From Catajapyx aquilonaris (Eukaryota), in the NCBI GenBank assembly GCA_000934665.2, contig JYFJ02004423.1, forward strand, positions 1 through 32,532: a DNA stretch of 32,532 bases, read 5' to 3'. Positions 10,601 to 20,417 of the stretch are shown piece by piece; the stretch's first letter is position 1, and each line of letters begins with the position of its first letter. A program made the position numbers and the translations under genes. Under the pieces are notes generated by a model, which searched no databases, was not told the DNA's origin, and saw nothing but the letters and a program-made list of their open reading frames with translations.

Positions 10601-13600
10601 TACTGGAGGCACCCAAGTGAACCGTGCCTTGCAAATGCTGGCACAGCGCTACTGCGGGGACTGCAAAGGTGCATTTGAAGAGCTGAGCAAAATCATTCAG
10701 CGAGTGCTGGCATGCCGCAAGGAGTTGGTTGCATACGACCGCAACCGGCACGGAGTCTCCAGGCGCGACTCCAGTGTCAATCTGGACACCAAGAGTGGAG
10801 CTGCAGGAACAGTCACAACCAAGTGCTACGGATGCACCAGCTCAGCCATTGAGCATTGCCTGTTGCTCCTGCACGCACTGGCCACCAACACGGCCACGAG
10901 GCAGGCCCTCTGCAACCAGGGTTTGATACAAGAATTGCTCGACTACAATCTCAGGAGGGGAGTGCCTCAGACTAGAGACCAGGTACGGATTATTCGAGCC
11001 TTCTCGACTTTCACCGCTCATGACAGAAAGTATTCGGTGGACTGCTATTTTGTCCAGCTGTGCACTGTATAATTATTTCCTGTGAAATCAGCTGTAGTTT
11101 AAGTATTGCTTGGAACAAGCTCTTCTTAAAATACTCCCACTTTCCAGTGAAGCAGTGTGATTTTGTAGTCATATTTACATGGAACTAACTGTTGGTCTCG
11201 TTGTAGGTGTGCAGCCTTTTGTGCCTCCTGGCCAAGGACAGCCCAGGAGCCACAGAAGAACTGAACCGCCTTCTGACAGACAAGGTTTCCCTGACCCTCC
11301 GCCGGCACAATGGCGGACCGGACATGGCCGCTGCGGTTAGGCACGAGATGGCCCTCCTGACTGCTCTGGTCCAAAAGGAGGATTCCTGTTGGGAGCAGAA
11401 GCTGAGGTGCGCCATGCAGCTTTTCCTGCTAGCCTCCAAGGACTGCAGGTCTCCAACCATAACAGAAGCGGTGATGCTTCCATGCCTCAAGATCCTCCAG
11501 GGACTCATTCGTCCGGAGCAGACGGCAAGTAAGAAGAACCGGGATCGCACTGTCGAATCCATAGCTTCGGTCAGGCCAGCGACTGAAATCAGCGTGGACC
11601 TTGGAAGGTGGTTGGTGGGTGATACGGTGCATTCATACGCAGCCTGGAAGCAGAGGGTGCCCTCCAAATGCCAGACTGACCTGGCCGCCAAAAAGGCTTC
11701 TAAAGCCGAGGTGCATGCGTTCTATCTGATGGAGAAGTACGGACTGCGATGGAGGAGGCGCACCCTGCGCAACATACTGCCCCTGAGGCTCTCGGACATG
11801 ACCTGGTTGAAGCAGGTCATGTTCAATCCCAGTTCCAGAATGACCCGCCAAGTTGCATGTGCAATGACAGAGAGCCTTTGCTTGCTGCCCACCAGGAGGA
11901 GGGAGGTCAGTGATTCAAGTGATTTCGTATTGTTCACGTGAAAATTCCAGGGCATGTAAATAACCATTGATGTTCATTTTCCGCAGATCTTGGACCTCCT
12001 GTCAGGGTTTCTTCCTGAGGTTGGCAGGGCCGGTGAGAGTGCTGCCGAGTTTTTGACCCTGTACCAGAACCTGCTGAAGCCAGCTCACTGGAAGTACTAC
12101 CTGGCTGTGCATGGGGTACTGATGCAGGTGGCCGAGCTGATCATGCAGGAGATAGCGGACCTGCACAAGCTGGAGGAGAGCACTCTCAATTCCGACCTCG
12201 CCCAAGGCTACGCACTCAAGAGTCTGACAGAGCTCCTCGCCTCCTTCGTGGCCCACGACGCCATCAAGCAGCAGTACAAGAGGCAGCTGCTCCCCATGGT
12301 CCTGCATGGCTACCTGTCCTTGCGGAAACTAGTCATCCAGAGGACCAAGCTCATCGACAAGACTCAAGACAAGCTACTTGACCTGCTTGAGGAGATGACG
12401 TCAGGTCAGTGCCCAATAATTACTGTTGACGGTTTTCAGATATCAAATTGCGTGTTCTTGCAAGAGTGCCCCTTTGAAGAACTTGGTGTTTGTTTAATTG
12501 CTGCTGATTTATTAATGCGACCCAATGCGATGACAGCTTGGTTACATTGCAGTTATCTTGTGGAAATGCATGTTTTTTGACCGAACTGTGCATATATTGA
12601 TTGATTGATTAATTGTTGTCCAGGCACTGAAGCAGAGACGAAGGCTTTCATGTCGGTGTGCGTCGAGACTGTTCAGAAGCACGGCTTGGATGATGTTTTG
12701 ACGCCAGTGTTCATCTTCGAGCGCTTGTGCTCCATCATATTCCCCGAGGAGAATGACATTGGAGAATTCTTTCTCACGCTGGAAAAAGACCCCCAGCAAG
12801 AAGACTTCCTTCAGGGACGCATGTTGGGTAACCCGTACAGCAGCAGCGAGCCGGGTTTGGGTCCCCTGATGCGCGACATCAAGAACAAGATCTGCCAGGA
12901 CTGCGAGTTGGTAGCTTTGCTAGAGGACGACAACGGAATGGAGCTTCTAGTGAACAACAAGATCATAAGCCTGGATCTCCCTGTTCGTGAGGTGTACAAG
13001 CGAGTCTGGCTTCCTGAGAACCCCGACGGAGAGGTGATGCGAATAGTGTACCGGATGAGAGGCCTCCTCGGAGACGCCACCGAGGAGTTCATAGAAGTGC
13101 TGGATCAGAAGAACGAGCAGGAGGTGGACGATGAGGAGACCTACAGAATGGCCAACGTCATGGCCGACTGCCACGGCCTGGAGGTCATGCTGGAGAGGCT
13201 TGGGAGCATCAAGGACACGGGCAGAGCCAGACCTCTTCTGGCTGTTCTCATGAAGCTCTTTACGTACTGCGTCAAGGTAAGTCAAATCCTGAAAAGCATC
13301 AAACCTGACGGTTACATATCCTAGATTCAGTGTCCACATGTGGAAATGCAGTGCGAGTGCTCTGGTTGAATGTATTCTTCTTTGTTAAAGGTACGCCGCA
13401 ACCAGGAGCGTCTGATTGATCCGAGCTTAGGAGCCGTGGGCACCATGCTCGGTGCTCTCAAGTTGTGTCTGGCCCCACCGGCTTCTTCCACTGCAGCAGC
13501 GTCTGATGGACAAGCGACGCCTGCTGGCAACTTGGCCATTGCTGAGCAACTCCTGCAGGTCATGGAGGTTGTCTTGCGCCGTGCCAGCACCCAGTGTGTC

Positions 13601-16097
13601 GATTTTTACATCCGCTTCTCCTCGACGTGTGGCTCGGCGGAAGACCTCAGCTGCTTGCTGGATCTGTCGCAAGCACCGCACATGCGGACGAATTCTGCCT
13701 TGTTACGCCACTTAATGAGAGTGTCTGCCGCACTGTGCTACACAAATGAATCCAAGATGAATTTTCTTCTGGCTCACTTTGCCCCGTGCTTGGATTTCAA
13801 TAAGTTTGATTACGAGAGATCCGGTGAGGACGAGGCACGTATGGAGTTGTTCTGTGTCCTGACGTCTTCGGTCGAGCGCAATGTTGTTGGAAACACTCTG
13901 AAGGACCAGCTGGTGAAGCGTGGCATAGTGGGCAGAGCCCTGGAGTACGTGCAAATGCATTCTCCTCCTGGCAAGCCGGCGTTGCTCAAGGCTGACACGG
14001 AAGATTGGCGGGAGTTTGCGTCTCGCCCGTCACTCAAGTACATACTTAGAGCGCTGGCTGGATTGGCTGTGGATCACCCTCCAACTCAACTAGCAGTTGG
14101 CGCAGAACTAGTCCCTATAGTGCATCGCCTGGAGCAAATGTCATCGGAAGAACATGTTGGCAGCCTGGCAGAATCATTGCTGGAAGCGTTGCGTGGGCAT
14201 CCAAGTGTTGCTCGAACTGTTGAGGAAGCACGGAGACAAACTCGTGCTGAGAAGAAGAAGCTTGCGATGGCAATGCGGGAGAAGCAACTGGGACAGCTTG
14301 GCATGCGCACTAATGAGAGGGGGCAGGTTACGGCTCAGAGCACCATACTGCAGCAGATGGAGGACTTAGGCGAAGAGACTGGTTTAGTGTGTGTCATATG
14401 CAGAGAAGGTTACAAGTTCCAGCCTGCGAAAGTGCTGGGTGTGTATACGTTTACGAAGCGCTGTGGAGTTGAAGAGTATGAGTCGCGACCGCGTAAGACA
14501 GTCGGATACACCACGGTGTCGCATTTCAACGTGGTGCATGTTGATTGCCACATGGCCGCAGTGAGATTGGCACGTGCTAGGGACGAATGGGAATCAGCCG
14601 CACTTCAAAATGCCAACACCAAATGTAACGGACTGCTGCCACTGTGGGGACCGCAGGTATGTTATTGCTTCTCACACACTCTTTCGTCCAACTGATTAAC
14701 TCGCATTTTGGCAGGTACCGGAATCAGCGTTCGCCAGTTGTTTAGCACGGCACAACACATACCTTCAAGAATGCACGGGTCACCGTGACATTGGATACCC
14801 ATCAACCGCCCATGACTTGAAGCTGCTGCTCTTGCGATTTGCACAGGAGCGCTCTTTTAGTGATGATACGCGTGGAGGCGGGCCTGAGTCCAACATGCAT
14901 CTGGTGCCGTATGTGATTCACATGGCGCTTTACGTGATCAACACCACGCGTTCTGCGGCACGTGAGGAGAAGGGTGTAGCAGGATTCGTGGACTTGCCGG
15001 CAGAAAAATGGGTGAGTAGAATCAAGTTAATTATGTTGAGCGGCACATTCTGAACGGAAATTGTGCTCAACAGGTGGAGTCTAGCTTTGAAGCAGAAGGT
15101 CCCCTCTACTGGTGCGTGGTAGGGCTCATGGTGAGGCCTGCGTCCAGGTGGGAGAAGGACAGGGTGGCTGTGCTGAAGAGGCTGCTGGTCATGGCCCACA
15201 CCAGACACACGTGCACTCTCGGGGCCACCAGAGTAGAGGACCGCATCCCCAAGGAGTATGGCGTTTACAAGAATTTGCTGGTCTTTTACGCACTCATGGA
15301 CGGTCTCTACCAGGTTGTTTTTAAGGTAAGAGCCAGCAGACCGTATGTATGCATCATGTGATTACTTCACAATGATGTAGATGCATATGCAAAGGCTGAA
15401 ATGACATGTTGAGAGCACTCCCTTTGGGTTGGACTGCAATTAGCGCCCAAGCTGTGAGGAACTGAAACAATTAATGGCCGGTTTCACCAACCAGGTTATA
15501 TTATAAATCCGAGATTCTTTTCGGAAAATCGTTACTTTTGATTGTTGTCAACAACAGTTGCTGTGGCCATTCTTGTTATAACCGAGGTTCTAAAATTTCA
15601 GTAAAACCCGGCCTGGCCGGTTTCACTGAGCTCACTCTCTGATAAAACCAGGTTTCTTTCGGAAAATCCATACAAATATGTAGGGATTTTCCGGAAGAAA
15701 CTTGGTTTCCAGTTGTTGGAACTTGAGGTTTATTTGCTAGCGTTCTGCAGCACTGAATTTGTGATTTTTGTTGAGCTAAATGCACGTCTTTATTTCTTGC
15801 AGAAGGTAATGGTGGCGACAGACTCAGAATGGCCAGCAGCTCTGGCTGACTACATTCGCAACAATGATGAGGCTGTCCTGAAAGCCACGGACAAGCTGCT
15901 TCGCCTGTACCAGGAAGAGATGCTTCCGTGCGCTTCCTTTTATGAATTTTGTGATGTCACTGGTGAGTAGTACATTCACGATCTTTAGGATTTTCTCCAA
16001 CATGTGCTAATTTCTGTTCTCTCTTCCGGAAGGTCTGCTGGGAGATATTCCTGATCCGGATGCTTTTCTGTCCACCTTGCTTGAAGGATTGCCGTGA
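1428..16097 (+). CDS. UBR4: E3/E4 ubiquitin-protein ligase UBR4 (p600 / purity of essence), 5'-partial, 26 coding exons in window
   Basis: join(1428-1673,1745-1879,1946-2168,3037-3366,3645-3773,3832-3965,4053-4210,4475-5450,5623-5958,6068-6448,6526-6675,6752-6926,7355-7740,7851-8000,8308-8958,9017-9214,9772-9946,10069-10982,11207-11905,11987-12404,12624-13276,13391-14656,14715-15011,15074-15325,15803-15962,16033-16097). All introns GT-AG with matching phases; total 9657 nt, ending in TGA at 16095-16097. Recognisable UBR4 motifs: [109 protein letters not shown]. Confidence 0.97.
1745..1879 (+). CDS. UBR4: UBR4 exon 2
   Basis: tag|GAT...GAG|gtatgt; [18 protein letters not shown]...[11 protein letters not shown]. 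Confidence 0.92.
1946..2168 (+). CDS. UBR4: UBR4 exon 3 (contains Gly11 run)
   Basis: tctag|GAT...A|gtgagt, phase 1; [19 protein letters not shown]...GLMHS. Confidence 0.85.
2123..2155 (+). repeat. Coding (GGA)n tract, Gly11
   Basis: GGA GGG then (GGA)9 inside UBR4 exon 3. Confidence 0.95.
2277..2944. mobile_element. PIF/Harbinger (Tourist-like) MITE, 668 bp, in UBR4 intron
   Basis: Perfect 21-bp TIRs AGGTGCGTTCACATATACGCG / CGCGTATATGTGAACGCACCT; TAA on both flanks (2274-2276, 2945-2947); subterminal inverted GCGAGCGAATTT / AAATTCGCTCGC; no transposase ORF. Confidence 0.85.
3037..3366 (+). CDS. UBR4: UBR4 exon 4
   Basis: tcaaag|GC AAT AAT CCA...G|gttagt; [12 protein letters not shown]...[18 protein letters not shown]. 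Confidence 0.9.
3645..3773 (+). CDS. UBR4: UBR4 exon 5
   Basis: gcag|CT...G|gtaagt; [21 protein letters not shown]. Confidence 0.92.
3832..3965 (+). CDS. UBR4: UBR4 exon 6 (first DOC-like domain)
   Basis: ccag|GA ATG...GAG|gtatgt; MYIASTK...MVMTGIRV. Confidence 0.92.
4053..4210 (+). CDS. UBR4: UBR4 exon 7
   Basis: ccag|ATC...GT|gtaagt; IFGRS...RWFDFPF...[12 protein letters not shown]. Confidence 0.92.
4475..5450 (+). CDS. UBR4: UBR4 exon 8
   Basis: gcag|G TAT...GAG|gtaaga; [13 protein letters not shown]...[16 protein letters not shown]. Confidence 0.93.
5623..5958 (+). CDS. UBR4: UBR4 exon 9 (UIM-like [14 protein letters not shown] at 5767-5808)
   Basis: tcag|GTG...CAG|gtaaat; [26 protein letters not shown]. 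Confidence 0.9.
6068..6448 (+). CDS. UBR4: UBR4 exon 10 (His/Gln-rich and acidic linker)
   Basis: tctag|GTA...CCA|gtgagt; [25 protein letters not shown]; an alternative in-frame acceptor (exon start 6083) is possible. Confidence 0.85.
6526..6675 (+). CDS. UBR4: UBR4 exon 11
   Basis: tgcag|CCG...CAG|gtcagt; [17 protein letters not shown]. Confidence 0.92.
6752..6926 (+). CDS. UBR4: UBR4 exon 12
   Basis: tgcag|GTT...A|gtgagt; [13 protein letters not shown]...[10 protein letters not shown]. Confidence 0.92.
7355..7740 (+). CDS. UBR4: UBR4 exon 13
   Basis: gcag|GT...CAG|gtgggc; [24 protein letters not shown]. Confidence 0.93.
7851..8000 (+). CDS. UBR4: UBR4 exon 14
   Basis: ttttag|GCA...AAG|gtacga; [28 protein letters not shown]. 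Confidence 0.93.
8308..8958 (+). CDS. UBR4: UBR4 exon 15
   Basis: ttcag|GCT...AAG|gtattg; [19 protein letters not shown]. Confidence 0.93.
9017..9214 (+). CDS. UBR4: UBR4 exon 16
   Basis: acag|ATG...AAG|gtgggg; [21 protein letters not shown]. Confidence 0.93.
9772..9946 (+). CDS. UBR4: UBR4 exon 17 (second DOC-like domain)
   Basis: aaaag|GTG...T|gtgagt; [30 protein letters not shown]. Confidence 0.92.
10069..10982 (+). CDS. UBR4: UBR4 exon 18 (Cys-rich Zn-binding region)
   Basis: tgcag|CA ATG...CAG|gtacgg; [30 protein letters not shown]...[12 protein letters not shown]. Confidence 0.95.
11207..11905 (+). CDS. UBR4: UBR4 exon 19 (includes putative calmodulin-binding helix, about 11720-11761)
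   Basis: tgtag|GTG...GAG|gtcagt; [38 protein letters not shown]. Confidence 0.93.
11987..12404 (+). CDS. UBR4: UBR4 exon 20
   Basis: cgcag|ATC...G|gtcagt; [15 protein letters not shown]...[17 protein letters not shown]. Confidence 0.93.
12624..13276 (+). CDS. UBR4: UBR4 exon 21 (UBL region)
   Basis: ccag|GC...AAG|gtaagt; [35 protein letters not shown]. Confidence 0.95.
13391..14656 (+). CDS. UBR4: UBR4 exon 22 (hemiRING begins about 14390)
   Basis: ttaaag|GTA...CAG|gtatgt; CVICREGY...[11 protein letters not shown]...KCNGLLP. Confidence 0.95.
14715..15011 (+). CDS. UBR4: UBR4 exon 23 (UZI region)
   Basis: gcag|GTA...TGG|gtgagt; [22 protein letters not shown]...[13 protein letters not shown]. 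Confidence 0.93.
15074..15325 (+). CDS. UBR4: UBR4 exon 24
   Basis: acag|GTG...AAG|gtaaga; [12 protein letters not shown]. Confidence 0.9.
15476..15629. mobile_element. Degenerate MITE termini (GGCCGGTTTCAC-type) in UBR4 intron
   Basis: GGCCGGTTTCAC at 15476 and 15615; reverse-complement-like TCAGTAAAACCCGGCC at 15598-15613. Confidence 0.45.
15803..15962 (+). CDS. UBR4: UBR4 exon 25
   Basis: tgcag|AAG...G|gtgagt; [13 protein letters not shown]...[14 protein letters not shown] alternative start at 15806. Confidence 0.9.
16033..16097 (+). CDS. UBR4: UBR4 terminal coding exon
   Basis: ggaag|GT CTG...[24 protein letters not shown], resembling the known UBR4 C-terminus. Confidence 0.9.
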
Positions 16098-16503
16098 GAT
16101 GCTGTGCTGTTTTTTTTTTTTTGTCGTAACTAGAGTTTGTTGTTGTAGTGAATAAGAATGTTCTTGATTCCAGACTAATTTGAACCTTACGTATGTAGAG
16201 AGGTGCTTTCCAACCAGTTGGTTGTACGTCATGGCTCAGTTTACACTTTTCCCTTTTAGCCGCAGGTAAACCATCTCCTACATTGCATAATGTTTTGAGG
16301 AATGTGAAACGGAAATGTTGTACTTGTCTTAACAGGGAGTAAAAAATTGTGCCAGAATAGCAACGCCTTTTTTAAAAAGCCCATTTCTCGGTACAGTCAT
16401 GAAAACACAAGATCAATATGAACAATTTATTTATACAACTTGCACAACTGCATATTTACATGTTTTACATAATTTACACATTGCTGTTTGGATTTTCCTT
16501 TCG

Positions 16504-16539
16504 TCATCATTATTATTATTATTATTATTATTATATTAT
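16504..16539 (+). repeat. (CAT)/(TAT)n trinucleotide tract downstream of the UBR4 stop
   Basis: tcatcat followed by (tat)7-8. Confidence 0.85.
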
Positions 16540-19500
16540 TTTGCTTCAAGGTAGTTTTCAAGTCAGGTTATTGCTCCTGAAGGTTTCCATTTGTGTTGCG
16601 GATGACTTTTTTTTGGAGATGATTTTTTTTTCTCTCTTCTTTTTAAACTCGTGTATTATTTTATTCAACCTTATTCTTTTCTCGGGAATGGAATTTACTG
16701 TTTTCTTGTGGGTACAAAACAGATGGGGCAAAGTTAAAGGGGGTTTCAACTTGAGCATTTTTGCTTTGTTTGTCAAAGCCGTAGTTATGATATGGGATTG
16801 GAGGAATTACCTGGTGGGAAGGGTAATAATGGATTGAATTCACTAGTTTTGTTTGTCTAACTTTGAGAGCCGACTTTTGGGTCTGCAGGTAGTGTTGCAG
16901 TGGTGTTGCTAGAGCCTCTCGTTAGGGGTTAATCACGCGATGGAAAGGGTGCTTTAAGTTCGTTCACTCGACCAACGATAACGTGAATACCACAGTGAGA
17001 CATGCACGTATTTTTCTTATCTTTTGCGGAGTAAGGGAACTTGAAGCACTTGTGATTCAGCCTATTAATGCACACCTTCAAAAAATGCTCTAGCTTATTT
17101 CCACTGTTCAGGTTGGGCATGACTGACGTTATTTTTTTAAACCTCAAGTATCGCTTATTGAGACTACAGTTATTACGAAAAGCTGAACGTAAATGTTTTG
17201 TAGAACAACTCAACACCTGCAAAAAGGAAGGGAAGGGGTACACATCAAACAGCCAAAAATTGTGGAAGAGTCAAAATTCTAAAGCAGTGTTACACAACAG
17301 ATGTACGTTAAGAATGTGAGGTCATATGCTCTATTTACCATGCTTCCCAAAGGCACTTCTTTATTTGATCTTTTTTATGAACAGCAAACTCTTGCATTCA
17401 CTGCATAGGTTCCCCCAAGAAAAAAAAAAAAAGTTTGCTCTTTCTCTGTCTCTCGCTACATCATTTTTATGCATTCAAAATATTTTTTTCTACAGTTTGC
17501 TCTTTTATAGCAGCAAAAATTGAGTTGAGAAGAACTGCTGTCGGCCACATGTTAATCAGCTTTCCGACTTTCTAAGGACGTTTCTCACAGCATAGGAGGA
17601 ATAGTTTAAAGTCAGTTGGACAGATCACATCAGTTATGAAGATGTCTCCAGTTTATATTTTTTCCGCCCCCACCTGCTCCAAATGCTACTTGTTTATTCC
17701 CTGCACGTGTCAGGCACAGCAAAAATTTTCTTCTTTTGTAGATCCTGATTTTAACAGCCCATAAGTATGCAGCAGACTAAAAGGTCTGCTCTTCACGAAC
17801 CGCGTTTAAAAACTCTGCAATGTCAGCGAATGCAAAGTTTCTTAATGAAAAATCGTGTGCTACGGTACAGGGTTAGATATTTTGATGCTAGAAGATAAGA
17901 AAATTGGTTTTTGGGGTTGTCTGTCAGAGGGGGGGAATATTTTAGTTGAAAAAGGGGTCGTCTTTGGATCCTACATTATCTCACAGATCGCTATAGAGAT
18001 AGCCACTTGTTTTATTTCACGGTATATAACATTTGAGCTTGGATTATATTAGGTGGAAAAGCTTGTTTTTCAGGTGGCCCAGGTCTTAAGGAAAAAAGGA
18101 TCCGAACATTTATTTTGTTAAAATCTATGCTGTAGCTCGGTGATCGTAAAAGGCGAAAATTTCTAAAACTGGTTTTGTGTAATAAGGCAGAGGCAGATTA
18201 ATGAATTCGATGCTATTCTCTCGTCTCTTTTTTTTTAAATGACTGATGACTTCGAAAAAATCGACTATTATGTGCCCACCTTTTAAAATTGAACTTTGGT
18301 TGGCCTACTTTTTATAGCATCATTTGCCAGGCTAATGACTGGACTTTGAGGAAGATGATGGGAAATAATTAATGTTGATTTATTTTACTTATGTTTTTGT
18401 CACCCTAGGTTCGACTTGGTTAAGAATCTTTGAGTACCGATAAGTGTGTAATGATCGCTTGAAGGAAAATCTGGTTGGCTTATTGCATCATTTCTGCAGC
18501 ATATCACTATGGTGTGGTCAATCACTAGTCACTGTATATTACTTTTTTTCAAGTATTTTTCTATATTCAAAATATAATGTATTGCCACACATTCATTTTA
18601 AAGTGACACCTACTCTTGTCGCAGGTATGCAGCCGTTGCTTCTATTTCATTTTTTAGTTGTACTTGCAAGTTTAATGAATTGGGGGAATTAATGCGGTAT
18701 TTTATGTCTCATTTTTTGTTTCAATGTCAGACAGAAAAATCTGAATGGCTTGATTTTTTTAAGCTGCAGGCAACTGGTGTCAAAAATTGAGTTTTAAATT
18801 GCAGATTGCTGCACTTCTGCGGCACCATTCTCAGCTACATCATGTAATCACATGAGTCGTGAGTGGTGGAATCTGCTGTTATGTACTCACTCACTCACAT
18901 GTACTGGTGGCTCGTTATGTACTGAGGGCTAGTTTTCCGACTGACGGTAACTGTTTTAAATTTAACATCAGTGATGGAGCTCGGCCCTTGATTGATATTA
19001 TGACATATCTTGCTTGATCTGCAACGCAAGATGAAAAGTACATTTACATATGGTATTATCGATGGCGCATGTGCCACTGGATTTTCTGACTGCTGCCAGC
19101 ATGGCACTTGAAGGTGGCTTTACAATAACAAGAGCCGCTTCCTACTTCAGGCGCTCTTAGATCAATGGATAGCATGTCGCTGGCGTCCTGGATGGAGTCA
19201 ACATCATTTGCATTGCCCTAAAGCGGTGCTTCCAATTTCTCAATAGATTTTAGTGCTCGCAGAACCTTGCTACTGTGTCCGGCCTAATGTGGTCTGATCA
19301 CAAAACTCGCGAGTCAGTTATAAAAAAAAAAAAACCCTGTTAGAGCTGCACGAGTTGAGTTTGTGTGCAAGCAGGAAAATCCTCGTCCGAGATGTATTCT
19401 AGTGATAATTTTGTTTTGTTTCAATGAGTGGCATTGAGCAATTTGTGTTTTAGTGTCAATCTCTTTGTCAACACCAAACTACTAACTTATACACTGTTAA

Positions 19501-20109
19501 GTAGCACACACCAAACCATGGTGGGCGATGTGGTTGGCTTTTTTGGCTCATATCCTGTGCCATCAGTGTGTTTATGCAACTGACGTGAATTGCTTGGTTA
19601 ACCACAGCTAATGCACTCAGTGGCTGGAATTGTGATGTTTTAGTAGACCACAATAACTGGCCCATACATCCAATTGCTCAGGCCCGAAGTTTTCTATCGT
19701 GGCTTGGACATGAGTTTTAAAAACAAACCACTTCGCATTGTTTGTCTGAAAAGGATGTGGAGGAAACATAATGTCCTCCCAAGATTATTTTCCCATAAAA
19801 TTATATCACAAATGTAGCGCCTTGAACCCTAATGCACTCTCTACTGAACTACACTTCTTGAAAGGATTGGTAACAAGAAATTATTTTCAGCAGTTAGGTA
19901 CACCGGGAGGAAATGGCGGCCGTTTCCTATAATCAAAGTCTGTGCAACGTTATTACTCCCCTGAACCTAGGCAAGAGTTAAAAAAAACCTTGCAGAGAGC
20001 CCAAAAACAACCTTGCACTTGTGTGTAAAGTCTATGAACCTGAGGGGTATGTCACACACACTGCAATGGAAAAGTGTCAGGTGCAGTGCGTGGTCTTTTC
20101 GGATTGAGT

Positions 20110-20417
20110 CTAAGAAGGAGCCCCACTGTCACCGCTGTGTGACTGTGACTGGGAGGCACTGGAGCATCGGCGGGAGGAAGGAAGGCTGACGCTCTCCTCG
20201 CAGTCCTGGCTGTCACAGCTTCCACCGCCTCCTCCGCCGCCTCCTCCACCGACTGGCTCCACCGGCAGCAGCACGTTCTCTTTGAACTGCCCAGGGACGT
20301 TGCCAGCAGGTCTGTAGCAGGCCATCACGTAGAGCTTTCCGGTGCGGCTGCGGGCCTTGCCGATGCCCAGCTCCTGGCTGCCCACCCACACCATCTGGGT
20401 GAAGTGGCCCGCTGTGG
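20110..20417 (-). CDS. CAP gene terminal exon (CAP1/CAP2 motifs, Gly/Ser-rich tail)
   Basis: gtcag|CC ACA GCG GGC CAC TTC; GHFTQMVWVGSQELGIGKA...YVMACYRPAGNVPGQFKENV; alternative in-frame acceptor gives start 20411. Confidence 0.9.

Noticed and set aside
4373..15208. Many antisense and alternate-frame ORFs over UBR4 (e.g. 6190-6708 -, 11185-11691 -, 12947-13339 -)
   Set aside because: They are shadows of GC-rich coding exons, with no recognisable motifs.
16418..17523. ORFs downstream of UBR4 (poly-Tyr hydrophobic 139 aa; 104 aa on -)
   Set aside because: Products of T-rich and (TAT)n sequence, with no homology I recognise and no splice support.
17867..18408. Possible degenerate mariner-type MITE (TACAGGG...CACCCTAG)
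   Set aside because: The terminal match is too short and imperfect to support a call.
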